64,000 nucleotides of DNA from a virus. The stretch lies in the IMG/VR virus record IMGVR_UViG_3300045988_178640, one strand, 5' to 3'. This document shows, piece by piece, positions 63,813-64,000 of the stretch (within the stretch, counting starts at the first letter, position 1; every line of letters begins with the position of its first letter). A program made the position numbers and the translations under genes. The notes under the pieces are model-generated. The model did not search any database and had not been told where the DNA came from. It saw nothing but the letters and a program-made list of their open reading frames with translations.

Positions 63813-64000
63813 AGATTGACATTGGGCGCATACGCCAGTACATACAACAAAAAATGGACGAAAAGGGCATTACCAGAAATGAGTTGACCAAAAACTCAAA
63901 AGTGGCGAGGGGGACGGTGGACCATTTCTTTGACGGGAGCACGGTAAGCCCGGCGTTTGACCGGGTGTGCTACATGATACTATCGGTAGGCGGGTCGGTA
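63800..64000 (+). CDS. XRE-family HTH transcriptional regulator (3' end outside window)
   Basis: IGRIRQYIQQKMDEKGITRNELTKNSKVARGTVDHFFDG is a typical HTH_3 pattern. AAGGAG SD 7 nt upstream. Confidence 0.75.
   Translation, partial: MGMEQIDIGRIRQYIQQKMDEKGITRNELTKNSKVARGTVDHFFDGSTVSPAFDRVCYMILSVGGSV

Larger units (their letters stand above)
1..64000. mobile_element. Temperate siphovirus-like phage/prophage genome segment (window lies entirely inside the element)
   Basis: Uninterrupted phage modules (replication/recombination, terminase-portal-capsid, tape measure, fibres, lysis, integrase, antirepressors). No housekeeping genes or att junction seen. Confidence 0.85.

Noticed and set aside
1-64000. 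Genome-wide TAG stop-codon reassignment
   Set aside because: TAG cleanly terminates Dcm (4253), the large terminase (14798), ORF 24616 and two RHH genes, with no plausible in-frame continuation. Only one in-frame TAG was found (57931), and no suppressor tRNA is present in the window.

Overview
The whole 64-kb window reads as one large temperate siphovirus-type phage or prophage from a ~55% GC Firmicutes (Clostridia-like) host. I saw no host housekeeping genes, tRNAs, CRISPR arrays or att junctions. Rightward arm (1-48.4 kb, + strand): sliding-clamp 3' end, SNF2-like helicase, two DNA methyltransferases, Bro/KilAC antirepressor, YqaJ exonuclease/DUF1351/RecT/SSB-like recombination set, replication initiator with internal iterons, G39P-like loader and RuvC-like resolvase. 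After a terminator come the terminase subunits, portal, scaffold, capsid, tail, a 1642-aa tape measure, a mosaic fibre cluster, and a lysis region (NlpC/P60-SH3 endolysin, LL-H-type holin) interrupted by a phosphoesterase and a canonical SSB. Leftward arm (48.4-63.6 kb, - strand) meets the rightward arm at a bidirectional terminator. It carries secreted-protein morons, RHH genes, Rha and Bro antirepressors, a tyrosine recombinase, translationally coupled small early genes (DUF551, DUF5131, XF1762-like) and a sigma-70-family factor. An XRE-type regulator starts at 63.8 kb. The most interesting signal is a ~360-bp minicassette present five times. Each copy has a TTGACTT promoter with its own palindromic operator, a small ribbon-helix-helix gene, and a convergent near-consensus extended -10 promoter predicted to give a ~75-105 nt RNA that ends in a hairpin at the RHH stop codon. 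Copies sit directly upstream of a Rha antirepressor, upstream of the integrase, in a triple tandem array, and inside an island that splits the late structural operon. This resembles P22 immI (arc/mnt RHH + sar RNA + ant). Other notable points are a precisely circularly permuted C5-cytosine methyltransferase with a protein-like 141-codon ORF nested in its +1 frame, an antirepressor paralog with a single in-frame TAG at a Gln position, and phased 20-21 bp repeats over the XRE leader and start codon. All functional calls come from motif recognition by eye and gene order; no database search was run.
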